Below are positions 11,096 through 24,249 of a stretch of DNA of 64,000 bases, piece after piece. The position numbers and the translations under genes were made by a program. The stretch comes from Mizuhopecten yessoensis (taxonomy: Eukaryota): the NCBI RefSeq assembly GCF_002113885.1, contig NW_018406672.1:1868420-1932419 (forward strand), read 5' to 3'. The notes beneath the pieces are model-generated. The model had not been told where the DNA came from, did no database searches, and saw only the letters and a list, made by a program, of their open reading frames with translations. Positions within the stretch are counted from its first letter, which is position 1; each line of letters begins with the position of its first letter.

Positions 11096-13530
11096 TTAAG
11101 CGAAACGCGTCCCCTTGTATTTCTTCATGTCCGTTGTTGTTGGAACCGGAAGTCCTGTGATGGGCGGAAGTATAACGTTAAGTACAGGGTGAAGTGTGGG
11201 TTCGTGCCGGGAGATGTGACGAAGAGGCTGTCCTACCTCGGAAATATTCCCTATCCGAGGGGTCCGCTTGTTGCATTTGTTCGTCAAAGACGGCAACGTT
11301 ATCTTGTTCATTTTATGGCCCAGCTTGTCCTGTGTAAATTGCTCTGAGCGGTTAGTGCTGTCCAGATATCCTTTTGTGACGTTTCTCTTCTTATCTACGG
11401 ACATCCCAGCCACACTTATCGGAGGAAGTTCTGAAACAGCAGGTTTCGGTGCTACCGCATTACGCCAATAGTCATTTGTGTTTGTTAAGAATTTCTCTGT
11501 CATTTCTTGTTTTGGCGGTATTGCCTTCTTGTCATTCCGAGACATATTTTCAGTATTTGTTGAGCTGATCGGAGGAAGTTTCATTGCATTCCTATCTTTT
11601 AGAATGTCCTTTCTCTCAATATTGTTCCAATTTGTTTGGCTTACGATCCTGTCATACTTCTTTGTTTTCCTTTTCCCGAAGGACACCGCGTTCCCGTTAA
11701 TTGGTGGTAAGACGCCGTTCTTCTGCTCGCCTAAGATTTCTTCATCAGAGAATTTTGAGTCCACAACATCACTACTGAATCGGTTGAAGAAGACATCATT
11801 TTTTCTATAAGCCTCGTATTCTGCATTCTTCTGATCAATCTCAGCTAGAAGCTGGTTAATGCCCGCGTCACGAGTTGTAGCAACAGGAGGAAGGTTTGAT
11901 GCTGTAGTGGTTTTTCTTGTCTTATTTTCTTCGATCTGCTTCTGAGCATCATTAATCACTTCCGGTCTCTTCTCATGTTGTCTGCTTATTCGAGGTAAAG
12001 CCGGTGCGGGCTTCCCTTTAGCATACAGTCCGGGAGTCAAGGTCTCGCGATTCTCTAGGAAAACGGAAATTTCTGTTTTCTCAGAATTTACATCAGTCTT
12101 GGCCTTTTTCTTGGCTCGACGACCCTTTTTGACCTTGCGGTCGACTTTTTCCTCTTCTCCAGTAACTGTCGTTTCCTGTGGTTTGGATTTATCGCCACTT
12201 TCACTTTTGGACGATTGCCTAGGAGGGAACTCTCTCGTGTGAAGGTTCAATTTAACAGCCATTTCGGCACTTCTTCGTTTTCCCGCCAAAGTCATGGCGC
12301 CATTATACCCAGGAGGAAAGTTACCAGCTTTGCCTCTTGGTTGCCTCTTGATACCAAATTGAAGATCTGGAATGACAGGAAGCAAACAGTCTTCGATAAA
12401 TACCAAACTACAGTTTTTCCTAACAGTATCTATGTTATAACTGTGTATGTGTTTCTACAAATACATTTACTTCATACCTCAGGGTTCTGTTTCGCGAATG
12501 TCGTTAATTTGCTAGACAGCTGATCTCTCGAATTCAAATGGCTTGTGATTATCAATCGGGACAAAGTTGTGGACGGACTAAAGGAAAACTTTCAGTTAAG
12601 ATTTTAATTTACACAGCATCTTATTTGTCATCCTCGGCTTAGTTAAGCTAAGAAACTGTAGTAAAAACTGAACCGGGTGCTGTATTGACTGACAAAAACT
12701 CAAGCTTTATAACTACACAACGATAACTGTCAATATTTGTTCAAGTTTCGCCCTCACAAATCTTCTTTAGCGAGATTTTTCCTTAACTTTCTAACACGGA
12801 ATAAAGCATCACTTAATCTAAAGCACATCCTAACTTAAGTTGTGGAACTCTAGTGAAACCCGGGTTAAGACCCAGTTCCACAAACGCTCCTAACTAACTC
12901 CAGCGATGTTTTTCAACAGAAACAAAATAGGCCTAATTTCATTAACTACCGGAGTCAGCTGTTTGATATTGTTGTACACTCTGCAAACGGGACAAAGTCT
13001 TTGCCTTACTTCTGACCACATATTTAATACGCATGTATGGGTACGTATGTGTAATCGAGCCTATGGACTTTTCTACCGACCAAGGCACTGGGCTCAGACT
13101 AATTATTCCACAAGCTACGGGACTAATACAATGATGTCAAGAACAGATTAAACAGTAGGATCCGTATAAGGGAGACAAGTGTTCCCCAATTACCCCCGGA
13201 TATCTATATACACAAGTAACATGTTTTGTTGATGGAAAAGACTTGTGACACTTGGGTTAAGTTAAGTAGAACAATATTTTGCATTAAGTTCGAATTCTTA
13301 CCGAATCGTTGAGAGTTAGGAGCTGTGATCTCAAGTCTGTCCAGAGAGTCGGGCGTGTTAGCGCTGGTCAACCTTCGGACATTTCCCCCGGTCAAGATTT
13401 CAGGGAAGGTAGCTGTGAGAAGACCTGAACCCTCGGGCATGCTTCGTCCACATTTTCGGCCCTGAACGTGATTTGCGTTCCTCAGAGACGACAAACCTCG
13501 GTTCTCGTGGATATCGGAATGGTTTATCAT
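11096..13530 (-). CDS. Orphan LPPI-motif protein, copy 3; join(13530-13302, 12366-11096)
   Basis: Main exon translates identically to copy 2; exon 1 differs by four amino acids. Confidence 0.7.
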
Positions 13531-13646
13531 CGTCTTGAATAGAGTATCTCGTGAAATTAAAAGTATTTTGAAGGAGCGATTATTTGCGTGTTGTTCTTTT
13601 CTGGTAGCCAGGGAAAGAATGGTGGGTTAATTGTTTCCAGAAGTTA

Positions 13647-13722
13647 TGACGTCATCAGGATTGTGACGTCACAGTAATTGTTAATCTCTTGCGTCAACAT
13701 TGAAAGCGCTACAAAAATGGCG
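13647..13722 (-). promoter_or_regulatory. Double-CRE promoter cluster, copy 3
   Basis: TGACGTCA at 13647-13654 and 13664-13671; conserved between copies despite nearby substitutions. Confidence 0.6.
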
Positions 13723-15329
13723 ACATAAACTTCGGTATGCCAGATACTGTACTCTCAGATACCAATGTAAACGTTTCATTTTGCTTGTTAAGCGTTTTTT
13801 AAATCAAATTACAAACACACGACCAAAACATGCAATCAGATTAAAATCATCTGTTAGGCTCCGTTAACTTCGTACTACGCCAGAACCATGAAACAGATGG
13901 TCAAAACATGATATTTGCATTAAAAATATACCTTTTTCATTCAAAAATGGAATTACATACATTCACCTCAAACTAGTTTTTACGTTTTAGAAATTAGGAG
14001 ATGAAAGTATGGTATTAATACCAAGCACAGATGTGGTGGTGTGCTGTGTTTGTATCATCAAATCAACGTTTTGGATCAGGACTAGGCTTGAACATCCGGG
14101 TATACGTTTTAAATTTTTCATCTGTCTTTTTTCCCCACACTATTAAAAATGCACATTTCACAATGTCATGAGTGTTAACATCGTGTTTTTAGATGCATGC
14201 TCTTATTTATCATTTTGTAAGTAGCGCGTATTTGAATGAAAAGCGCATGTTTTTGAGATGTAAAACATTGAATATTGCAAAGCTTAACACGCCTTAGTCT
14301 GCGTCCTCCCAAAAGGGGAATGACACACTCTATATATGTATACATGTACTAGTTTATGTAACGTAGAGATCATGGGGCGAGGTTCTGTACTACGCCTCTA
14401 TTGTTCTATATACGCTGTCTCCAGCACACATACAACTTACCTTTTTACCCCCACCATTCCGATCACAATTTTCGAGGATAAAGTTCACTTATAATTTGTT
14501 CCAACTGTAGATTTCGTTTCTTTCTTTAAATTAAGTCCATGAACTAGTTGGACCCTAAACAACTGCATAGGGCATCACGTTTTGACACACAACTTTTGTT
14601 ATTTTTTCGAAAGTGAACACCCGAAGCAGTTTCAAAAATGTATGATAAACGTTCCAGATCGGTACCTCAAGTTATATATATGCCAGTGTTAAGCTACCGA
14701 TTAAAATGTCTATCATGGCCAATATTTTATTATAGAATAAATATCTATGTTAAAGTATTTCGTTGTTCCCTTGAATATATACAGTACTACACACAGCATA
14801 TCTATAACATGGACTAATCTTAAGGTTGCTACAAACAATTTTGTAAATATTTAAATATTCCCTCTGTGAATTGATATATCCATATCCTTAGTCGCAAACA
14901 AAACCCCTCATAATTTTCACCACCAACTAATTACCGTTTCAATTTCGAATTGCACACTACACGCTACCTTTATTGCACATACAACGGAATGCATCTGTCG
15001 CTATAAGTATTGAGATGCTTTTACCTAGTATTCGATCTCAGACATGAGTTACGTTCGCTGATACCAGGGGGCGCCAGTGAGTCTCACAGAGGATACCGGC
15101 GTGTAGATTCTATGTCATCGGTATAATTATCACGGGTGTATAAATCTTTTTATTTAATCAAACATGTATGATGGATAATAATATTCCGAGAATTTATTTG
15201 ATTCGTATTGCTGTAAGTGCCAATCGTATGATTCTGGAACCGTGTGCCATGAATTGAAGTGTCTCCTCATATTCTCACTTAATGTGACGAAAGACGTATA
15301 TTACACACCTTTATTAAAAATTCCATTAA

Positions 15330-15520
15330 TGAATGTCGATAAAAACGTGATTCTGGGGTTGTAATCATATCGGACCAATTCCATATCCTACTCCGTATCA
15401 GCCCGAAGTGCCTCCCTCGGGCTAATAGGAGAGAATCCGGCCCCTCGGGCTGATGTAGGCCGAGGGCTGATACGGGGTAGGATATGGAAACGGTTATATG
15501 GTACCCTTTTATCATATACT
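15330..15520. mobile_element. Palindromic non-autonomous DNA element
   Basis: TTCCATATCCTACTCCGTATCAGCCC ... GGGCTGATACGGGGTAGGATATGGAA inverted arms (15379-15489) with nested hairpins. Confidence 0.5.
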
Positions 15521-17042
15521 GCTCTATAACATCAAAAGTACATTGCATAAGCACTAACACATAAACTTGTAGAAATTGTTCTTTCATGAGCTTACCTATA
15601 ATCACATTCAACCTTAAATACAACTCAACCGTTAACAGAATACCATAAACACACCGATATGCAGTGTGTACACTACTAGTTTGGGATGTATTTTTTTGCT
15701 GAAAAGTGTGTAACCGGAAGTCAAACGGATATGGCGCGTGCCGGGAAGGTATGGCTCGTTTCGGGATATGGCTTATGCTTCGGTTTTATTTTGTTTAACG
15801 TCCTATTAACAGCTTAGGTCATTTAAGGACGTGCCTCCATATGTGTTGTATATGCGTGCTTGCGTGTATTTGCCGCAGTATCTATCGAACGTGCCATAAA
15901 ACAACCCACATTACGGATAAGTGTATGATAAAATGATAACACAGAAGAATTGTCAATACTCACTTTCACTAAATGTTCAGCATGGTTCAGTTTTACAGGG
16001 CCTTACGAGGAAAGAATAGGCCTGCTACGTGTACATCACACCGCATTGTTCGTAAGAGGCGACTAATGTGAGACCTCTGCCGTGCCTGGGATTTTCTTCT
16101 TTGTCATCTGCATCAAAGACACGGAAGAAACCAAATTGTTATGTCCCCATTGCAATATATGGGCTATATATATATGTGTGTTCCTACTTCTCTACTCTCC
16201 CTTTTCGACCGTGTCTCTTTTGGAACCCGTCTTCTAGCTGTTGCGCGGATGTTTAACCCCAAGCAAACAAACACGCAAACGAAATATAAGTGTTCTAGTC
16301 TACCAAGCTGTTTAGTTGCTCATCCGGAAGCGACATCGAGTCGTGACTAATGCTGATAACAGTGCATTTTCTTGCTTATAAACGAGACATTAAATCAGGA
16401 TAACCGGAGTCTTTATGTAGCTTGCAGATTCTCTTAATAATCTCCATTCGGAATAAAACAAAACATTGACAGATGGCACAAGGAAGGTGCGAGGTGAAGG
16501 TCCCCTCCCATCACACCAGGGGAGGATGCTGAGGATGCAGGACTTCATTTAAGAGCTTTCCAAATTGATAAAATTTGTTAGTTGGCGCGTGGCCTTACTT
16601 TAGTAAGAATTAGGATTGCATAATTTTCTTTAAAAGAATATCTGCGTTTAAATCCACTTGGAAAACACATACATCACTGTTAGAATCGGATCCTGGGGGA
16701 GTTCCAAGTCCGACATTAAACGTTATTATCAATTATGTACGGTAATCAGGCAGCGAGCAGGGAACTTAATTTAGATCTTAAAACCCGGAATGAAAAATAG
16801 GTTGAGAAATTTGTTATTGACGTTAAAAATCCATAGAGGCGTGGTGGACTGATGGAGATTAAATCTGTGCACTCATCGAGGTTCTGATAATGTGACTGTA
16901 GTACGCGAATAGTATGCGACTGGTTAGTCCGTTGTCTGTACAATGTAGCCCGGTAGAATGTCATGCTATATACCTGTCCAAGTTTTGCTATTTCGGTGAG
17001 ATGGTAGTTTAAAAGGACCCTTGCGTGGCCTTTAATGCAACA

Positions 17043-17127
17043 GCCATACCGGGGTTCGAACCAGGGACCCTCCGAACTCTAGACGGACGCTCTAACCAAT
17101 TGAGCTATCAGGTCGCCGACGATCGGT
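17043..17127 (-). mobile_element. tRNA-like fragment of the LTR family seen at 61367-63107
   Basis: Minus strand GATAGCTCAATTGGTTAGAGCGTCCGTCTAGAGTTCGGAGGGTCCCTGGTTCGAACCCCGG resembles the tRNA-like LTR core. Related fragments at ~18550-18650 and ~19625-19723. Confidence 0.55.
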
Positions 17128-19225
17128 AATTCGTGGCTGATAAGGCAGCTCCTGCGAATTCCTCAAAATTGTATCGATTAATCTATATGCTAATTTTATT
17201 AATTGAATATCTATGTACTGTATAGCGCTTTAGAGTAGCTTATGTTAGCTAGATAGATTACAAATTATCAACGTGGAGAGTTTAATGATTTGTAATACAG
17301 TAGGATAACATTAGTTGTGTCATAATAAGACGCGTGACCATGAATCATATCTAATGACCTTGTCGAGTCAATCATTTTACAGCGCCAAGGTTAAACTATA
17401 AACTCTTGGTCACTATAACTGTTTTTTAAGGTAGGTGACCCCCAGATAACAATTTCTCAACTATTTGAACTTTCAACTTTTATTGAAAGCGTTCTCGAAG
17501 CATAATCCTCAATTATAATGGGTGATTATAACGTTATATGATAATTAATCAATGCCAGAGGGAGCCGAGAATTAGTCACAGCATGTAATTTGATACCTTT
17601 CCTGATTGTGTAGGGAGTATTAATAGAACCCATAAAACGTCTATAACCCATCCCCCCCCCCCCCCCCCCCACACCTTTATTACACATCCGATAATGTCTC
17701 CAAAATACTATATGTCTTAATTATCAGGCCCCTGTGAGCTTTCTTTTGTGGAGTTATAATCATCACAGGGTATAGTGTGACCAAAAACGTTATATTTTAC
17801 GAATGGATTACGTCAAACCGTCTCCATTTGTAAAATGTCCTAAAATATTCATATGTATTGTAATTTATATACTCATACCTACATTTATGTATACTATTTA
17901 TTTTATTGGTGGCGATATTACATGTACATCACAAGCATGTATTATGGACACACTCGCGATCGGTTGTACAGTGTCCAGGTTTTCTCTATAGGGACCAGTC
18001 GAATCGATAGTATCTTGTCCCTGTGGTTCTCACCATGTATATGATACATATGCATAAGATATCAAATATGATATATATACTTTAGACACATACACTTACT
18101 CATGTACATGCATCATGTTCCCCGTCCACAGGGACCTGTAAATAAAGACAAAGCATCGTTTTCAATTTACGAAGACGGGGGTGTAAATACATGTTTATAC
18201 AAAACACATAGAACGCACAGGGGCTCGGTTTCGGGATATTTTTGGTTAATAATAAACCTATACACATCAGTAAATTACAGCAACACTTTTTATCCGGTGT
18301 TTGAGAGAAAAGTACTCGTTTTTGACCACAGGGGGCCGAGAATCATGTTTGGACCTAATTCGGCTAACCTCGGATGCTTCCGATACCCTTCTTTGTAGGT
18401 ACGGAATCTGCCGAGTTATGACGAGTAGTTTGGATCTATCCTGATGTGTAGAGAGTAATATTAGGCGTTTTAAGGGTTAAGACCAATATCTACCTATCAG
18501 GATAGGACCACACGTACCAACAAACTAAAACAAATCCTCCAGCCCTGTGTTTGCAGATTGGTGAGGACCAGCTGGCAGCGAGTCCGTTTAGTGTTCAGAG
18601 GTCCCGGGTTCGAATCCCGGTCTGGTCTCATTGATTTTGTCTTCTTTTATATGTATGACAGATATTGTATGAAAACAAGTAAGTCTTGCTTCTCGCCATT
18701 CGTCAGTAGTATGAGTACATTGTAGGGGTTTTGATTGTTGAGATTAAGACCTCACTTCTGGGGAAGATGCTCCTTTCTAGACAGTTTCTGGGAGAGGCTT
18801 CGTGATGGAGGGGAAACAACTCCTACAAATAGATGCTTCACATTTGGAGAGCTAATCCGGAATCTGACTCATACAGTGCAGACTGAAGCAATCATGTTTT
18901 TCCAATACTATTATTATATTATATGAATTAAGGGTTTTAGATATGAGCACATTAGTATGTCTACATGTTATCTTGCAATTTTAGGAATCCGGTTACTGTA
19001 CTGATAAACCGCAAGGTTAAAGCTTCTCGATTTAGGAAAAACAACATATATCCCCCGTTACCTCAAGCATATAAGCTTATTTGAGTAGGTGGTGTAATAT
19101 TATGGATTCTGTAGACTTTATGGTGATTCCCTTCAATTTAATACCATGGTTTTGAAATTACACATCACACATGAAGCTTTCGAATAAACGAGTTATCTCC
19201 CGTTGAACCACCAGCTTACGGTTCA

Positions 19226-19310
19226 TCATCCTCGATACTCCAGGGGTTACGCTCACTTATATGTTCTCTAGAGAGCGTAAGTGAGCGTAATCCCTGCAGT
19301 ATCGGGATGA
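19226..19310. repeat. 85-bp imperfect palindrome (MITE-like)
   Basis: TCATCCTCGATACTCCAGGGGTTACGCTCACTTA ... TAAGTGAGCGTAATCCCTGCAGTATCGGGATGA. Confidence 0.7.
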
Positions 19311-19905
19311 CCTTTTAGGCAATGCTATAGGTATACTGCTATTTCAGACTTATAACCTCGTGCTCTGTCGTTTATCTTTTTGTTTTTACAGAAAACAATA
19401 AAACGGATATACTCCGTATTCCTCTCCTAGACTGACGTCGTAGTGCAGAATCTGGGCGCCGACTACATCATCAAAAGTTTCATCAACGCCTTAACATATC
19501 ATATTTAATCCATATTTATCGTATTACTTGAATAGACTGTTCGTCATTCTCACAGCAACTGCACACTATACATAAATTATATTACTTAAGTATACGTTAA
19601 CCATTTGCAGTTTTCTCAACCCGGTGACTAGATCAGGATTCGAACCCGGGACTTCATAATGTAATGGATTTGTACTATCGCGCTAACCGAGTGACGGAGG
19701 TGTCCTGGCCGATCTGTGCTACAGTTCTATCCAATCGGAAGTTACTGTTTATAGGGGGAATACCACAGAGCAGTGGTATAGGGGTCCATAAAACTCTTTA
19801 ATACGACGACGATGAAAACATAAATAAAGACTCGTTCAGACAACCCTGATCGCTCTCCTTGGCTCATTTTTTTTCTGACAATCCCTGACCATTCTATCGG
19901 TCCTG

Positions 19906-20039
19906 CCACAGGGGTTCGTTACAAATGTCTGAAATACACATATGCTATAATGATATGGGTCACAGCACAAATAAACATACTGTGACCCATATCAGTATAG
20001 CATATGTGTATTTCAGACAGTTGTAACGAACCCCTGTGG
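19906..20039. mobile_element. Foldback MITE with 60-bp arms; second diverged copy at ~23064-23191
   Basis: CCACAGGGGTTCGTTACAA...GGGTCACAG, a 14-nt loop, then CTGTGACCC...TTGTAACGAACCCCTGTGG; about two mismatches. Confidence 0.8.
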
Positions 20040-20404
20040 TCTCGACCTCCTTTTCGGGCAATCCATTTGGCGTATAGGCTGTCTGTACCATGTGAGTATT
20101 TTAGGTTTAAACACAATTACATATATATCCCATCGCCTATTCGTCTCTTCCTCATTGTAACGCACCACAACCAAAGCGCATGGGACTTTTTCTTTAAACA
20201 TACTGCTGTGTTAACTGACAATTTCAATGTTAAAATATTCATTTGTCACTTCGCATACATGTCAGGAATTTGCGGCATGACTTCGAATATTATTATTGTA
20301 TATAAGGATTGAACGACACTCTTTCCAATGTTCATACTGTCATGAACATTGAAAAAAGTATATATACATGTATATACATTCTAAATAATAATAATATTAA
20401 TTCG

Positions 20405-20700
20405 AGGTTCTTATATACCGCTTTATCACAACCAAGTTCGTAGGTCGTCTCAAAGCGGTTCACAAATTATTATCCGTGGTTACAGGGCCTTTGCAACCAG
20501 ACAATACCTTTCTCAACTCCCTGGGGAGTATACCGCCGGTGCTGTCATTTCGGCGCTCACATGTAGCATTCTACAATTCTAGCGCTGCCAAACCACGTAC
20601 TCATTTACAGCTGAGTAGACTGGAACAAGCGGAGTAAAGTATATTGCTCAAAGATACAACACAGTACCGTGCCGTGACTCGAACCCGCAACTCTTCGGTC
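20405..20700 (-). mobile_element. SINE with Deu/Nin- and CORE-like domains
   Basis: CTCAACTCCCTGGGGAG, TACTCATTTACAGCTGAGTAGACTG and TTGCTCAAAGATACAACAC blocks; B-box complement GACTCGAACCC; L2-like tail. Confidence 0.55.
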
Positions 20701-22345
20701 ATTATTGATTTAATTATTGGTATTCCCTAATATTTCCGATATCGAAGTGTCAGTTCCGTCAGTGCAAACAAGATTCCTGGAACAGCCTAACGTCACCAAA
20801 ATGTTTGCTACTAACGATTGTCTCACGTTACTAGATGCGGAAGGAGAAGCTGCAAAATGACGCCGATCAAATTGCATTCATAGCCTTTAAACGCAATTTC
20901 TTCTGGCCATGCTCATAAAGGAACTAGCAGTTGGAATATAAATATATGGTTTTACGTCATAAAGAGAGCAGTTGTAATGACAAGCGGGAAAAACATCAAA
21001 AGTGGGCGTCAGTATCGTAATAGGATATTTATCTCCAAACTTTAGCCGATATAGTTTACTACATAATTTAGAAGATAATGTGATTTCATTATTTTTGTTC
21101 TCAAGTACTAAAAGACAATCTTAAACTAAGGTTCGTCAAAACCCCTTTCTAATCTCACAGAGACTGCGCCGTATGTACTGTAAAAGAATCATATGTATGG
21201 TTACAAGCGTGAACGTATTTAACCTCGCATTGAATTGTACAGACTTATTGAAAACCACATATTGTGATTTAAAATCCATTCGTTAATCAGAGACTTCATT
21301 GTGAAGTGTATCAGACTAAAGAGTTAATATACGTGTACGTGTACCAACTGTTATGTAAATAAAAGGTTTACCGGCGGGGATCCGACTATAGGCGAATTGA
21401 AGTGGTGACAAGTTATTTACAATCCCGCAAGTATATGTCTGTTTCCTAACAATGCAAGGGTGGTGTTTAAACCCGTATTAAAGGTCAAAGTCCTACTAAC
21501 ACGTACTGTATAAAGGACGTATCATTTAACAATACTGCACTCAACTTTGTAAACAAATTACAGGTTGTACAATAAGGAGACGATGTTATACCTGTCGTTT
21601 TGCCGTTATACATGTACGACTGCACCTGGGCCCACTTGTATAAAACATCTCAACTCTTGAGATTTCCTCAAGTTTAAGATTTCCCATAGACAATACACTG
21701 CTTAAGAATTTCCTTAACTTTGAGATATTTTATAGAAGTGGTCCCTAGAGGATATATAAGGAAGTTAAGTAAAAATAAATTGACATTTTTAAGAGATTTT
21801 AGAAGCAGAATTTTCGAGAGAAATTCAGTCATTATAATAGGCTGATCCTTCCCTTTAAATCTTTCTACTCTCTGATATGATAGTCTGTCTTGAATAGCAT
21901 TTCTTTCTGTTTGATAAATCGGGAACCGTCGGCACTTTCCGTGAACGAGAATACGCGTAACCAAGGGAGATAACCAGTCTGAAAAGGGAAAAAGATCACT
22001 AGTTAACCTGCAAAGGATCGTGCAAGCTACAAGGTTATTATTAAAAGTCATATAATTGGTCGTTTGATAATGATGATGACGCTAATGTTATTTCCTTTTC
22101 TTCGTGACGTCTTAATGAAACTTTCGCTACTAAAAGCGAAATTCCCAAAAAAACAATCATGATTACAAAATGTATGGGCTAATTTACAGACTGGATGGGT
22201 TTGTACAAGGGAGAAGACACTGAATTCGGAAACGCAGTGTTGCTGCTTATTTAAAAAATATTGGAAAACGACCCGCTGGCGTTTTACCACAAGAAATCAA
22301 ATATATATGGAGTTCCTTTTTTTGTTCTCTAATGTCAACAGTGCC

Positions 22346-22597
22346 GGGCCCGTATTCATGAACTGTTCTCATGCTCAAGCACAGGTTCTGTGCTCAAACC
22401 AACTTGTATATAACTCCCGTAGATCATGTGACACCGTCAAAAAGTAAGTTTTAACATTTAAACCAGTGTTCGGCTTGAACTGTGCTAACATTCTCCAAAT
22501 CATTGATGAAAAATGATGTTTTATTTACTTATTACTGGCGTGGAAGTGGGCTCGAGCACAGAATCCGAGTTTGAGCATGGTTTCATGAAGACGGGCC
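22346..22597. mobile_element. MITE with GGCCCGTATTCATGAA terminal inverted repeats
   Basis: GGGCCCGTATTCATGAA...CATGCTCAA at the left end and TTGAGCATGGTTTCATGAAGACGGGCC at the right end. Confidence 0.7.
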
Positions 22598-24249
22598 TTT
22601 GAGTCGACCATTACCAATACATATCTTTCCTATTGCAGTATTGTCACGCAAGAAAGCAGCGTCCTTTATAGCAAATATCTCGCTATTAAAGACAACAAAT
22701 TACAAGGAGCCAGGTAATATAAGAATGGTATTTTAATGAACACTGTTCGACTCCCAACTTTCACCGTAATGTATAAATACGACACACACTTCATACATAA
22801 AATCAATATAGGAACAATTTTAGTATATATAGAGCATCACACAAAAATCGAAAAGCAAAATCGTCCATGAGCATCAAAGCGGAAATAGATATTTGGACTA
22901 CTTCATTGAATACTCTCTTTAATCGTATATATAGGTTATATTGATATAACAAACAGGTATGTTAACAGCAGCATTCATCTCATAGTAGGAACAGGAAACC
23001 GGTCGAACCGGAAGTGAGGTTGAACCGGGACCTCAATGACCATCCTTCGTCATATCCGTCCAACCACCGGGGTTCGTTACAAATCATACACATAATTATG
23101 CTATACTGATAAGGGTCACAGTACACCTACACATCAGTACATGTATAGCATATGTGTATTTAAGACATTTGTAAGTAACGAGCCCCTGTGGTAAAATCAA
23201 TTAAAACTACCTCTCAGTTCATTTAAAATTACACTGATATAGATTATTGAATTCTATTTCAATCCTGTTCTCACATCTATTCAGTTCCAATCATCAATGG
23301 TTCTTAAACAGGATGTCGTATCGGTTACCGATTAGACCCGTTAGTTACATTCCTAATTACAAACGGTTTAAAAACCAGGACAATTTGGTCAAAGTCTGGT
23401 CAACTTAACGATGATTTAGCAGAAAATTATTATAATGCAAAATATTTGTCAAAAGTGTTGAATTGATATTTGAAAAATACATGGTTTATGACTCTACAAC
23501 TTTATCAAAACTATGACACATTAGAAGTAATTTAAATATATTTCAGAAGATTTTTTATAATTCAATATTTTATCAAGTTGATGAAACTTTGCACACCGTA
23601 CGCTACAAAGTACACATACAAATCTGGGTAAGGAAAGCATTGTTCGCCTATAGCAATATCACATAATGTTATGATGTTATCAGGAATTTGGAGTAAAGAT
23701 TAAGACAATAGACCGTTTAACAGACCCAATGTACGATTTAGGTCCTTAGAAATTCGTATTTTTCGTATATATACATTAGCATAATAACAAAGATAAAATC
23801 TCTCATATTTTTCTTAGCTACCATGTACTTGAACTATATACCCAGCTGTAAGAGAGAAGTGTTACCGCATTCAATACTTCTCCATGGTCGAATTCATACT
23901 ATGACCTTGATATAAAATCATACCTTTATAGCATTACAAATTTAATAAAAAAAAATCCGTTGTAAATGTCAGCGAACTATAGCGTCATGCTTGTGTGTAA
24001 TACTCGTCTATTGCCGTTTCAATTTATGACGAGTTTGGTGTAACGTTATATATCCATACATAGCACGTTCAAGATTCAAACCCAAACAATCGTTCATCAG
24101 AAAAATAAAGCCACACCCTACTTTGAATGTATATAACAGTATAAATTGCACACGGGCTTCTTCACAACCAATGAACGTGTGATGACCACGAAACTCGTGT
24201 ATAATGCGCAGCACCGCCATGTCACTCACACAATATATTGCACTAAGAG

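Larger units (their letters stand above)
3420..13774. repeat. Tandem segmental duplication, 3928-bp unit, three copies (first truncated at the N at 6007)
   Basis: Copies 2 and 3 are offset by exactly 3928 bp. The junction at 9845-9846 joins the right end (AAACGT, 13774) to the left end (GTCCGGAGC, 3420) with a 2-bp GT microhomology. Confidence 0.95.

Noticed and set aside
17043-17127. tRNA genes here and at 845-994, 18550-18650, 55600-55670, 61405-61470 and 63010-63070
   Set aside because: A/B boxes are present but acceptor stems do not pair, and each is embedded in a SINE or LTR.
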